Below, piece after piece: positions 9,287 to 18,831 of a stretch of 64,000 nt of DNA. Source of the stretch: Pseudomonadota bacterium (GTDB taxonomy: Bacteria > Pseudomonadota > Gammaproteobacteria > Ga0077536). The stretch is taken from contig JABISZ010000099.1 of NCBI GenBank assembly GCA_018668255.1, positions 1,918 through 65,917 of the forward strand. The letters are read 5' to 3'. The notes below the pieces were generated by a model. It saw nothing but the letters and a program-made list of their open reading frames with translations. It had not been told where the DNA came from and ran no database searches. The stretch's first letter is position 1. Each line of letters starts with the position of its first letter. Both the position numbers and the translations under genes were made by a program.

Positions 9287-10531
9287 TTGTTGTACCAATG
9301 GCATGAAGCTATTCGGGCGTCAGCGGCATCAATGAGGTCTTTTTCAGAAATGACAGTCTCCGTATTGAGCGATCCGGCAAACCCTTGGCGGAATGATTAT
9401 CTTGTAAAATCTGCAGCAGTGCTCGCGGATTTTGTCGGAGACTGTACTCTCAGTTACTCCAAACCCCACTGGCACGTGCGTGATGTGTCCGATACGCATG
9501 CGCAAAGCTTTTTCCAAGAAGCAATTATTGACAGTAAAGTATTCTGTAATCTAATCCACTTCTCTCGCTCTAACGAAGAATCTGAAAATAAATTGCCAAA
9601 AATGCTGGTTGTAGCACCGCTATCGGGTCATTTTTCCACTTTACTTCGAGGAACGGTTGAAACGCTTGTACAGAATTTCGATGTCTACATAACAGACTGG
9701 AAGAACGCGCGAGATGTCCCTGCAGATGAAGGAGCGTTTAATCTCGATAACCACCTGGATTACATACGCTATTTTATAGAGCTCTTGGGCGAAAATTTGC
9801 ATATTGTAAGCGTGTGCCAGCCAGGACCTTCCGTGGTGGCCGCAGTGAGTCTCTTGGCCGAGGATAATAGCCCATGTCAGCCTAAAACACTTACTCTTAT
9901 TGGATGTCCAATTGATACTCGCCAAAGCCCTACCGCGCCCAATCGCTTCGCTCAATCTCGCTCGTTATCCTGGTTTGAGAAAAATGCCGTGACGACCCTA
10001 CCTGCCTCTCAAAAAGGAGCATCAAGGATGGTTTATCCGGGCTTTCTCCAGTTAGGAGGTTTCATGGGTATGAACATTGACAAACATATAGCTGCCTATC
10101 GATCGCAATGGGTGAACTTACTTAATGAAGATCTTGAGCCTGTAGCCGCTCATCGAAAGTTTTACGATGAATATTTGTCTGTAATGGACCTTCCTGCAGA
10201 ATACTATCTTGATACAATAAAAAAAGTCTTTCAGGAGCATCATCTTGCCGAGGGGATAATGCTTCACAGGGGTAGGAAAGTCGATCCGTCCTGTATACGG
10301 AAAACTGCTCTTTTGACTATAGAAGGCTGGCATGATGACATCTCAGGTATTGGACAAACTCGGGCTGCGCACGATTTGTGCACTAATCTCCCCGAATGTT
10401 TACATGCCGAATATACCGATCCGGAAGCAGGACACTACGGGTTGTTTCACGGTGAGAGATGGAGACAAGCTATTGCACCTAAAATACTCGATTTTGCTCG
10501 TCAATATTCTGATGCAGGTTGTATGATCTAG
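9287..10531 (+). CDS. phaZ: PHA-depolymerase (PhaZ, intracellular type) family alpha/beta-hydrolase
   Basis: TTG start with GGAGAG RBS. The N-terminus MLYQWHEAIRAS... and internal blocks (APLSGHFSTLLRGTVETL..., YITDWKNARDVPADEGAFNLDNHLDYI, HIVSVCQPGPSVVAAVSLLA, DEYLSVMDLPAEYYLDTIKKVFQEH, DISGIGQTRAAHDLC) closely parallel Ralstonia-type intracellular poly(3-hydroxyalkanoate) depolymerase. Confidence 0.8.
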   Translation: MLYQWHEAIRASAASMRSFSEMTVSVLSDPANPWRNDYLVKSAAVLADFVGDCTLSYSKPHWHVRDVSDTHAQSFFQEAIIDSKVFCNLIHFSRSNEESENKLPKMLVVAPLSGHFSTLLRGTVETLVQNFDVYITDWKNARDVPADEGAFNLDNHLDYIRYFIELLGENLHIVSVCQPGPSVVAAVSLLAEDNSPCQPKTLTLIGCPIDTRQSPTAPNRFAQSRSLSWFEKNAVTTLPASQKGASRMVYPGFLQLGGFMGMNIDKHIAAYRSQWVNLLNEDLEPVAAHRKFYDEYLSVMDLPAEYYLDTIKKVFQEHHLAEGIMLHRGRKVDPSCIRKTALLTIEGWHDDISGIGQTRAAHDLCTNLPECLHAEYTDPEAGHYGLFHGERWRQAIAPKILDFARQYSDAGCMI

Positions 10532-10722
10532 TTTAGCTGCTTGCTGATGTGCCTGCAGGTGATTAATAGGTAGATTGAGCCTCACCGATTATAGTGAAGC
10601 TTCTCCCTTAAATTACTGCGCTATGCACACTAGCTCTCGACGGTGGGGTATTAACTCGCTAACATCTGATTATTCTAGTAAGTAGAATACGCAAAATTTA
10701 AATTAATTTGGGAGGCCTAATC

Positions 10723-11145
10723 ATGGCTTATGATGCATTAGTGGAAAGAAATATATCAACTTCTCGGAGTGAGGTGTTCGCGTCTCTTTACGATTTTGGC
10801 GGGATAAAGAAAATTCTGCCGGACGCAATCGGCTCTTGTGAAAGTATTGGCGAAGGAGTGGGGGCAGTTAGAACTATTGCGCTTGCCGACGGAAGCGGGA
10901 CGGTCGTTGAGCGAATGGACATTGCTCATGATGAGTCAGTTTTTGGGTACTCAATCATTGAAAACGATGCTTTGCCTGTTGAGAATTATGTGGCAATAGT
11001 AACGCTAGCGGACACGAAGGACGGCGGCACTCATATATCATGGGGCAGTAACTGGAGTGCAACAGGCGGCGCTCCTGAAGAGGAAGTGCAGGGAGCATTA
11101 GAAGGTCTGTACGCTGCTATTATTGATGGTATGGCCGCCGCCTAA
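10723..11145 (+). CDS. SRPBCC (Bet v1-like / polyketide cyclase-dehydrase) family protein
   Basis: ATG at 10723 with GGGAGG RBS; ORF-track TTG at 10708 is less likely. About 140-aa SRPBCC-type small ligand-binding protein. Confidence 0.55.
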   Translation: MAYDALVERNISTSRSEVFASLYDFGGIKKILPDAIGSCESIGEGVGAVRTIALADGSGTVVERMDIAHDESVFGYSIIENDALPVENYVAIVTLADTKDGGTHISWGSNWSATGGAPEEEVQGALEGLYAAIIDGMAAA

Positions 11146-11184
11146 TAAGAGTTAGGCGACGCTTATATGGCTCAATTTCGGGGC

Positions 11185-12204
11185 TTATTTGCCCTGGAAT
11201 TGAGGCATTACTTCCTTAGCAAAAAGCTCCAATGCACGAGTTCCCAGACTCGGATCGAGGCCAGGAAACTGGCTGTCCAAAATGAAATCTGTACAGTGGA
11301 AATCTTGAGAAAAACGCTCTATTTTGTCAGCAATTTGATCTGGTGTTCCAATCATGAAGTGCTCAGCCAGAACCGAATCGCGCATGTCTGATGGTTTCTG
11401 AACGGGTAGAGGTGCATCATCGCCCTCAGCATCAGCCGCTTCGGAAAGAATGTCTTGATAAAATTCCAACATGTGAAATAAGTGATCTTGGCATTCAGCC
11501 CACGCCTGGTCTTCAGTCTCTGCACAGTAAACCATTCTTAGTTGCGCAATTTTAAAATCTTCAATGTTCTTGCCTGATTTTTGCAAAGTTTCCAAGTAAA
11601 TCGGTGCCGGATCAGGCCCTAGAGTAGCCATCAGGTGATATCCCATTTCTGCTGCTTTTGTAATCGCTTTTGGTCCGCGTGCGCCTATCCATATTGGGAC
11701 AGGTTCTTGGACTGGCTTCGGAGAGAGGCGCATATCTTTTACTTGAGTGTACTTCCCATCAAACGTGACCTTCTCATCTTTAAATAAACGTTCTATTAGC
11801 TGAATCCCTTCGCGGGTTCTTTGGCCACGCTCACTGCGGTTCATACAAAATGCGTCGAATTCGTAATGGGAATAACCTTGGCCTACCCCTAAGTCAAACC
11901 TCCCATCGGATAAAATATCCACGTTGGCTACTTGTTCTGCCATTAGCACAGGGTGCTGATACGGAAGTATGACTATGAAAGTTCCAATTCTAATAGTGGT
12001 TGTCTTCATCGCAACAGCTGCTGCAGTAGTCATCAATGAAGGGTTATAAGCATCATCTGTGAAATGATGTTCTGTGAGCCAAATGTTGTCGTATCCGGCA
12101 TCTTCACATTTTTGAATTTGTGTCAAAATTTGCTTATAAAAATCAGGAAATGGACGTCTCCATCTAATAGGGTTCCGAAAATCTTGCATAACACCAAAAC
12201 GCAT
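11185..12204 (-). CDS. LLM-class (luciferase-like) flavin-dependent monooxygenase
   Basis: Start MRFGVMQDF... with GAGGAGA RBS. ...AGYDNIWLTEHHFTDDAYNPS..., ...LGVGQGYSHYEF... LLM signature. Confidence 0.85.
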   Translation of the reverse strand: MRFGVMQDFRNPIRWRRPFPDFYKQILTQIQKCEDAGYDNIWLTEHHFTDDAYNPSLMTTAAAVAMKTTTIRIGTFIVILPYQHPVLMAEQVANVDILSDGRFDLGVGQGYSHYEFDAFCMNRSERGQRTREGIQLIERLFKDEKVTFDGKYTQVKDMRLSPKPVQEPVPIWIGARGPKAITKAAEMGYHLMATLGPDPAPIYLETLQKSGKNIEDFKIAQLRMVYCAETEDQAWAECQDHLFHMLEFYQDILSEAADAEGDDAPLPVQKPSDMRDSVLAEHFMIGTPDQIADKIERFSQDFHCTDFILDSQFPGLDPSLGTRALELFAKEVMPQFQGK

Positions 12205-12232
12205 TTGCTTTCTCCTCAATAAGTTTTAAAGA

Positions 12233-13399
12233 CTAAAAGGAGCGAGGTAAGCCTAAGACTTTCTCGCCAATGAAATTAAATATCATCTCTCGGCTAACAG
12301 GAGCTATGCGAGGGATCATCATCTCTCGCAAATAGCGCTCCACATGATATTCTTTCGCATAACCCATACCACCATGCGTCAAAATTGCTTGCTCGCACGC
12401 ACTGTAGCCTGCTTCTGCAGCAAGATATTTAGCTGTATTAGCTTCAGCGCCACATTCTTCCTCCGCATCATATTTTGCAGCAGCAGTAAACGTCATTAGG
12501 TTTGCAGCTTCCAACTCCATCCAGTTCTTGGCGAGTGGATGCTGGATCCCTTGGTTGCTGCCAATCGGCCTACCGAAAACAACCCTTTCTTTAGCATAAT
12601 CTACAGCTCTTTTGAGCGCAGCTCTTCCAAGACCTACTGCTTCTGCAGCGAGTAGAATTCGTTCTGGGTTCAGCCCATGCAAGATGTAACGAAACCCTTT
12701 TCCTTCCTCTCCAATTAAGTCTTCTTGAGGAACAGGCATCCCATCGTAGAAGACAGCATTTGAATCCACGGCTTTTCTTCCCATTTTCTCGATTTCTTGA
12801 ATTTCGACGTAGTCTCGGTTTAGATCTGTGTAAAAAAGAGACAGCCCGTCAGTCTTTTTCTTGACTTCATCTCGTGGGGTAGTCCGCGCTAAAAGAAGAA
12901 CTTTGTTAGCTCTTTGTGCCATAGAAGACCAATGTTTCTGACCATGAATGACATAACCGTCGCCTTCTTTGATCGCACGTACCTGCAGATTAGTCGTGTC
13001 GAGTCCAGCGTTGGGCTCGGTAACGCCAAAGCAGGAAATATCTTTCCCCTGTATCGTCGGTGGAAGCATACGTTGCTTTTGCTCTTCTGTGCCAAAAAGC
13101 AGGACTGGGTTAAGCCCGAACAGACTAAGATGGATCGCAGAGGCCCCTGTAAACCCGGCTCCTGATTGCGCTACGGCTTGCATCATGATCGATGCTTCAG
13201 TAATGCCCATTCCAGCGCCTCCAAACTCTTCGGGCATCGCTATCCCTAGCCATCCTCCTTCACAAATCGCATCGGCGAATTCTTGAGGGTAATTGCCTGT
13301 CTTATCACATTCCAACCAATAGGTGGCGTCGAAATTGGAACAGACTTTAGTAATAGCGTCACGAATAGCTATCTGGTCATCCGAAAATTTATATGTCAT
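12233..13399 (-). CDS. acyl-CoA dehydrogenase
   Basis: Start taken at MTYKFSDDQIAIRDA... (RBS AGGGA). ACAD blocks ...CFGVTEPNAGLD..., YVIHGQKHWSS, C-terminal ...GGMGYAKEYHVERYLRE... Confidence 0.85.
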   Translation of the reverse strand: MTYKFSDDQIAIRDAITKVCSNFDATYWLECDKTGNYPQEFADAICEGGWLGIAMPEEFGGAGMGITEASIMMQAVAQSGAGFTGASAIHLSLFGLNPVLLFGTEEQKQRMLPPTIQGKDISCFGVTEPNAGLDTTNLQVRAIKEGDGYVIHGQKHWSSMAQRANKVLLLARTTPRDEVKKKTDGLSLFYTDLNRDYVEIQEIEKMGRKAVDSNAVFYDGMPVPQEDLIGEEGKGFRYILHGLNPERILLAAEAVGLGRAALKRAVDYAKERVVFGRPIGSNQGIQHPLAKNWMELEAANLMTFTAAAKYDAEEECGAEANTAKYLAAEAGYSACEQAILTHGGMGYAKEYHVERYLREMMIPRIAPVSREMIFNFIGEKVLGLPRSF

Positions 13400-13570
13400 C
13401 TGGTTTCCCTTTGCTCTAGAACCTTCTGAGCTGCAAAGTGAGCAGGTGTGAGGCTTATGAGCTTTTCCAATAGTGTTGGCCAAATACTAGCATTAAAAAT
13501 ATACTTAAGCCGAGTAATATATCCATGCACACAGCATTTCGCTAACGCAAGATTAAAGTGAGTTTAGCCC

Positions 13571-14572
13571 ATGAACCAATATAAACTTCTGGAACAAGAT
13601 GAGTTCCCGCACGAGCCGAGCTCTGAGCAAAATTACAATGAAAGTGTTTACGTAAATAGTTTCGACCTTGCAACAAAAGCAGGGGGCTGGATGAGAATAG
13701 GTAATCGAGCAAATGAACGACATGCGGAAATGCAAGTGTGCATGTATTTGCCTGACGGAAGAATTGCTTGTCAGTTTCAAAAGCCCGCGATTGATGATAA
13801 TAGTGAATTTCGCGCAGGAGGTTTGCATTACCAGGTAACGAAACCTCTTCATCATGTAACTATGGAGTATGGCGGGGAGATTATGTTGTTAGACGATCCT
13901 GATTTATTGCGGGATCCAAAAAAGCTTTTTACTACTGCGCCCCGCGGAATCGCCAAAATCTCCTACGACATGACGGGGATATCTCCAGTTCATGGAGGCG
14001 AGCCGCTCTCATCGAGCCAACAGACAATGTATGGCAGGGACTTTTCTTTGGGCCACTTCAATCAACATATGAAGGTGGTAACTTCTATTGATATAGATAA
14101 CGTGAAAATTAAATTTGCTGGCTTGGGCTGGCGCGATCATTCTTGGGGACCTAGGTATTGGACAAACATCTACTTTTATCGACTGTTCATTGCAAACTTT
14201 GGTGACGGACGCGCAATGATGCTTCTTAAGCTTACGGACAACGATGGAAATGTAAGGGTGGGAGGCGTTCTGCAGTACGATGGTGAGTACGAAGAAATCA
14301 CTGATATGGACGTTACCACTCAGTGGACGAAGGCTAAAGATCCGGCGGCTGTAACCATATCTGTGCAAACCAAGAGACGGTCGGCAATCTTGAATGGTGA
14401 AATTTTAACTTTAGCTCCTTTGAGGAATCGTAGGAAAGTTGACGACCAGTATCTAGAATCACGTGTTGCCGAGGGGCTGACTCATTGGCAATGGGGCGAT
14501 AAAGAAACGTTAGGCATTACTGAGTACATTGAGCTTGTAGAAGACGGCCAGCCAGTTGGATATCCGCTGTGA
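13571..14572 (+). CDS. hypothetical protein (conserved, no domain recognised)
   Basis: 333-aa ORF with good coding appearance, first gene of the + strand cluster with APH and ACAD genes. Confidence 0.55.
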   Translation: MNQYKLLEQDEFPHEPSSEQNYNESVYVNSFDLATKAGGWMRIGNRANERHAEMQVCMYLPDGRIACQFQKPAIDDNSEFRAGGLHYQVTKPLHHVTMEYGGEIMLLDDPDLLRDPKKLFTTAPRGIAKISYDMTGISPVHGGEPLSSSQQTMYGRDFSLGHFNQHMKVVTSIDIDNVKIKFAGLGWRDHSWGPRYWTNIYFYRLFIANFGDGRAMMLLKLTDNDGNVRVGGVLQYDGEYEEITDMDVTTQWTKAKDPAAVTISVQTKRRSAILNGEILTLAPLRNRRKVDDQYLESRVAEGLTHWQWGDKETLGITEYIELVEDGQPVGYPL

Positions 14573-14614
14573 TGCAGGTTGTTTTTTCATAGAAATTAGA
14601 GTGGGTTATTAGTA

Positions 14615-15628
14615 GTGACGATGCAAAACGATGACAACATAGAGTATCTCTCGGAAAAAATTCGAGTCTGTATTAAACGTCGGTTTGGAGATGATTGTGA
14701 GATAGCCGACATTGAATTGGCTACTTTAGGCGGCTCTAATAGAACCGTACTTTTTGATGTAGTTAGAGGAAGCTACCCTTTGCGCCTTGTTCTGAGACAG
14801 GAAACTGTGCCGAGTGAGTATAGCCCGTTCTTGCCATCTGACATGCAGTATCGGGTCTTAGAAGTCGTTTACGAACATGGCATTCCTGTCCCTCGGCCTG
14901 TATTTGAACTAGAACCGGCAGATAACCTTGGCCAAGGATATGTCGTCACTGCTGTGCCTGGAGAGACTTTGCCCAAAAGATTAATAAATTCGGCTGAATA
15001 CGTGACTATGCGTGCGAGATTTCTCCAACAAAGTGCGGAAATTCTGGCCAAGTTGCATACAATCGATCATGTTTTAGTTCCTGGGTTATCTGCATTACAA
15101 GAGAGCAGCGATCCACTGGGGGCTCAAATCGCTCTCTATGACCGCTACGGTGAGCCACACCCCGCAATAGAATTTGCATTCCGTTATCTGGCCAAATATG
15201 AACCAGAACATGGCGCCATAAATTTTCTTCATGGAGATTTCCGTAATGGAAATATGATTGTTGGCACAGAAGGGATCCGTGTTCTTCTCGATTGGGAGTG
15301 CGCTCATACGGGTAGTGTCATGGAAGAAATAGGCTGGTTCTGCGCCCGTTCTTGGAGATTTGGCCGGGTAGATCTTGCAGCGGGTGGTTTTGGTGATAGA
15401 GAGACATTCTATAGAGCTTACGAGAAGGCCAGCGGAAATTTGGTTGATAGAGAGTCATCGCGTTGGTGGGAGATTTTTGGTGTGATGAGATGGGCTATAT
15501 ATAACATTATGCAAAGTCATGGGCACCTATCAGGGGAGAGACGATCACCCGCATTTGCCGCTTGCGGCAGAAACACAGGTATCATCGAGTATGACTTACT
15601 TAAAATCATAGCGAAGGAGTTTGATTGA
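14615..15628 (+). CDS. phosphotransferase family protein (APH/ChoK-like kinase fold)
   Basis: 337 aa. Catalytic ...FLHGDFRNGNMIV... (HGDxxxxN) and ...LLDWECAHTG... (DWE) motifs of aminoglycoside-phosphotransferase-like kinases; these are commonly paired with ACAD genes. Confidence 0.8.
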   Translation: MTMQNDDNIEYLSEKIRVCIKRRFGDDCEIADIELATLGGSNRTVLFDVVRGSYPLRLVLRQETVPSEYSPFLPSDMQYRVLEVVYEHGIPVPRPVFELEPADNLGQGYVVTAVPGETLPKRLINSAEYVTMRARFLQQSAEILAKLHTIDHVLVPGLSALQESSDPLGAQIALYDRYGEPHPAIEFAFRYLAKYEPEHGAINFLHGDFRNGNMIVGTEGIRVLLDWECAHTGSVMEEIGWFCARSWRFGRVDLAAGGFGDRETFYRAYEKASGNLVDRESSRWWEIFGVMRWAIYNIMQSHGHLSGERRSPAFAACGRNTGIIEYDLLKIIAKEFD

Positions 15629-15642
15629 TATGGAGTGCTCGA

Positions 15643-16014
15643 ATGTTTAACGACCCGCCCAACGCATCAGAACTTCTTTTGACAGTTCGCGAATATATAG
15701 AACAGCTCCTTCCTGATCTAGAAAGACAAGATAAATATCACGGCTTGTGTTGCACATATTTGCTCGATGTAGTGATGAGGGAGTTAGAAGAGCCTCCTAA
15801 CATAGGCGATCATAGTAATAACGCTTTGAAAGCTTTATTTAACAATGAAGACGAGCTTTCCGAAACAGAGTTTATGAGTAGTTTGTGTGCGTCTATTCGC
15901 AGAGGCGACCAGGATGGAAACCTTGACCGACTTTTGATTCTCCTCACCAGCCATGTTTCGAAAAAAGTTAGGGTGTCTAACCCTGACTACCTTGATGCAA
16001 AAGATTATCTCTAG
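15643..16014 (+). CDS. small acidic hypothetical protein (DUF6285-like, follows APH-like kinase genes)
   Basis: ATG at 15643 with GGAG 7 nt upstream; ORF-track TTG at 15625 overlaps the kinase stop by 4 nt. No catalytic motif. Confidence 0.5.
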   Translation: MFNDPPNASELLLTVREYIEQLLPDLERQDKYHGLCCTYLLDVVMRELEEPPNIGDHSNNALKALFNNEDELSETEFMSSLCASIRRGDQDGNLDRLLILLTSHVSKKVRVSNPDYLDAKDYL

Positions 16015-16365
16015 TGATACAACGGACCACGTACTTATAGATTAATTACTTCTGTTCAGACTGTATCTTGGTGCAATGCGATTGAAAGGGCGTGTACGAT
16101 ACATTTAGTTTGACTACATCAGATTATGAGACAGAGATCGCTTTAAACTGCAGAAGACCTGCCCTATTACACACCTCTCGGTCGGGCATAATAGCTTTCT
16201 GAGAGGGTTACTTTCTGGTCGCTTATTCAGCTCTCATTCCTCTGTTTGCAAGACAGTGCGTGCTGTGGGTGTGGAGTTATCTTTGGTGGTTTCTTCCAGA
16301 GCAAAAACAAGTAGAATTGTGGACAGCAGAGAAACTTGATAACTAGAGACATTTGGAGAAAGTAA

Positions 16366-17559
16366 ATGGGTGAGGCTAAGAGCGAAGTAACAGGAAACAA
16401 TTTTTGTTTAAGCGTTGACCAGCAAGCGATGTTGGATGAGGCAGACCGGTTTGCTCGAAATGAACTGTATCCTTTAGCTGCTAGGATGGATGACGAGGAA
16501 TGGTGGCCCGAAGATGTCTTCCATGAGATAGGAGCAGCTGGATATTTTGGCCTCACCGTCCCTGAGGAGTACGGAGGACAAGGCCTTGATTTGTTCACCA
16601 GTGGTTTAGTCGCAGAGGCATTTTCTCGCTGGAACTACGCGTTGTCTTTGAGCTGGATTGCTCACGAGAATCTATGTTTAAACAATATATATGCCAACGC
16701 TAATGATTTTCTTCGCTCGAAATATCTACCTGGGTTGTGTTCTGGAGAAAAAATTGGAGCTCTTGGACTTACTGAGCCAGGGGCAGGTTCTGACGCATTG
16801 GGCTCCATGGCGACGACTGCAAAGCTTGAAGGTGACGTTTATATACTCAACGGGCGTAAAATGTATATCACTAATGGCCCAGTTGCGGACACGCTTTTGG
16901 TTTACGCTAAAACCGAGCCTGAAAAAGGTGCGCATGGAATTACTGCATTTATTGTGGAGAAGGACTTTCCCGGGTTTAGCGTTGCACAAAAACTTCACAA
17001 GATGGGATTTAGAGGAAGCCAAACTGGTGAGCTGTTGTTTGATAATTGTGAAGTGCCTGTTGAAAACATCGTAGGGGAAGTTAACAAAGGGGTGGCAGTC
17101 GTTATGAGTGGGTTGGATCTAGAGCGGGCGACTATTGCGCCGATATGTCTCGGTATGGCCCAACGTGCGCTGGAGCTAACCATCGAGTTCGCAAAGACAC
17201 GCGAACAGTTTGGCAAGCCAATCGCAAGTTTTCAGATGATTCAATCGAAGATTGCTGACATGTATGTTTGGGTCGAGACCATCAAAGCCTTGAACTATAA
17301 AGTTCTGGCCGAAGTTAATGATTTAGAGGCTGGACAAGGTGGACGAGGTATGGTCCACGCTAATACTGCAGCATCTATCATGTATGCTGCGAACATGCTC
17401 AATAAAGTACTTGATGAGGCGGTACAAGTACACGGTGGTGCCGGCTATATCTGGGAATCTGAGATCAACCGATTATATAGAGGTAACAAGTTGCTAGAGA
17501 TTGGTGCAGGAACTACAGAGGTCCGGAAAATGATTATTAGTGGCGAGCTTCTAAAATAA
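16366..17559 (+). CDS. acyl-CoA dehydrogenase (short/branched-chain type)
   Basis: 397 aa. ...ALGLTEPGAGSDA..., YILNGRKMYITNG, ...GGAGYIWESEINRLYR... ACAD motifs; RBS GGAGAAAG. Confidence 0.85.
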   Translation: MGEAKSEVTGNNFCLSVDQQAMLDEADRFARNELYPLAARMDDEEWWPEDVFHEIGAAGYFGLTVPEEYGGQGLDLFTSGLVAEAFSRWNYALSLSWIAHENLCLNNIYANANDFLRSKYLPGLCSGEKIGALGLTEPGAGSDALGSMATTAKLEGDVYILNGRKMYITNGPVADTLLVYAKTEPEKGAHGITAFIVEKDFPGFSVAQKLHKMGFRGSQTGELLFDNCEVPVENIVGEVNKGVAVVMSGLDLERATIAPICLGMAQRALELTIEFAKTREQFGKPIASFQMIQSKIADMYVWVETIKALNYKVLAEVNDLEAGQGGRGMVHANTAASIMYAANMLNKVLDEAVQVHGGAGYIWESEINRLYRGNKLLEIGAGTTEVRKMIISGELLK

Positions 17560-17561
17560 AC

Positions 17562-18455
17562 ATGACTAAGCCCGTGACATTTCCCTCGACAAATGAAGAG
17601 TTGATGGTTCATGAAACTGTCTTTGCACCAGGTTTGTTAGACGGGAAAGTAGTTTTCGTGTCTGGCGGCGGTAGTGGAATCGGACGAGCGACGGCATGGT
17701 TGTCAGCTAGATTGGGAGCTACAGTAATTGTTGGGGGCCGTACCGAGGAAAAATTGTTAAAAGTGACGGGTTCTATTAATTCACAAGATGGCTTGAGCGC
17801 TTATTACCAAACACTAGATGTCAGAGACAGGGGGCAGGTGGAAGCTGCGTTCGAAGAAATTTACGGAGTACATGGCGGAATAGACATTTTAGTGAACAGT
17901 GCAGGCGGGCAGTTCCCGCAACCTTCGATTGATTACACTGAAAAAGGTTGGCATTCCGTTATTAACACGAACTTATATGGGACGTGGAACATGATGGATG
18001 TCGCAGCGAAGCGATGGAAACAGGCTGAGGAATCCGGTTCAATCATTAATATCGTCGTTGTCGGTCAAGGCTTGCACGGAGTAGCGCACACAGCTGCTGC
18101 CAGAGCGGGTGTAGTGACTTTTTCAGAGAAAGCGTCTGTTGAATGGGCACCGCTCAATATAAGAGTGAATTGTATAGCGCCTGGCGCAATACGAACTGAA
18201 GGCTGGGAGGTATACCCTGAATCAGCCCGCGCGCTATATCCCAAAACTAATCCTCTGATGAGAGCGGGCTCTCCTTGGGAAATTGCTGAAGCTGTTATTT
18301 TTTTAGCTGGGCCTGGTGGTAAATTTATTAATGGTGAAACTCTTGTTATTGATGGAGGAGGTCAGCATTGGGGGGAAATCTGGACGACTAATAAACCCGA
18401 CTACTATATTGAAGCATCTCGTCTCTGGGATTCAACCGAAGAATCCGACGAATAG
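17562..18455 (+). CDS. SDR family oxidoreductase
   Basis: 297 aa. VVFVSGGGSGIGRATA (TGxxxGIG), NSAGG. Starts 2 nt after the ACAD stop. Confidence 0.8.
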   Translation: MTKPVTFPSTNEELMVHETVFAPGLLDGKVVFVSGGGSGIGRATAWLSARLGATVIVGGRTEEKLLKVTGSINSQDGLSAYYQTLDVRDRGQVEAAFEEIYGVHGGIDILVNSAGGQFPQPSIDYTEKGWHSVINTNLYGTWNMMDVAAKRWKQAEESGSIINIVVVGQGLHGVAHTAAARAGVVTFSEKASVEWAPLNIRVNCIAPGAIRTEGWEVYPESARALYPKTNPLMRAGSPWEIAEAVIFLAGPGGKFINGETLVIDGGGQHWGEIWTTNKPDYYIEASRLWDSTEESDE

Positions 18456-18507
18456 CGCAGAAGATTTAACTTTGTTGCAGCGGAGATAAAAAACCTCGTA
18501 GCTAGCA

Positions 18508-18798
18508 CTAAGGACTTAAATTTTCCTGACTATAGTGGATCATCTTTTGAATAAGGGCTTCGTGGTCTTTGGCGGATAGTTTCTTGAGTGCGCGGATTTT
18601 TTTCGCAAACTCTTTCACATTCGTGTCGTGTCGCTCGAGTAGACCAGTGAGCTCAAGTTGCTCCTTCGAGCCAGGTAGTTTACTTACTTCATCTAGGCCA
18701 GATATAACTATCAGCTTCTCCAAGTGAGAAGCTTTGCTACTAGTCATTTCTAGGAATGAAACCCAGGTGTCTTCGGCTTCTGGTGAGGGGCGATCCAT
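18508..18798 (-). CDS. hypothetical protein
   Basis: 96-aa charged, helix-rich ORF immediately downstream of the RRM-protein gene. No recognisable domain. Confidence 0.4.
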   Translation of the reverse strand: MDRPSPEAEDTWVSFLEMTSSKASHLEKLIVISGLDEVSKLPGSKEQLELTGLLERHDTNVKEFAKKIRALKKLSAKDHEALIQKMIHYSQENLSP

Positions 18799-18831
18799 AG
18801 GTTTCCCGTCGTGATGTGGTTCAAAAATAAC

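Noticed and set aside
729-15307. Assorted 60 to 120-aa ORFs antisense to or nested in large genes (for example 729..920, 2726..2917, 4454..4663, 5257..5562, 9641..9955, 12889..13286, 14009..14368, 15095..15307)
   Set aside because: Each is embedded in a longer ORF with strong family-level similarity on the other strand or frame, and none has an RBS or a recognisable domain.
16227-16598. 123-aa minus-strand ORF overlapping the ACAD start
   Set aside because: Low-complexity (Ser/Pro/Lys-rich) translation, antisense to a well-supported ACAD N-terminus and its RBS. It is probably a spurious ORF.
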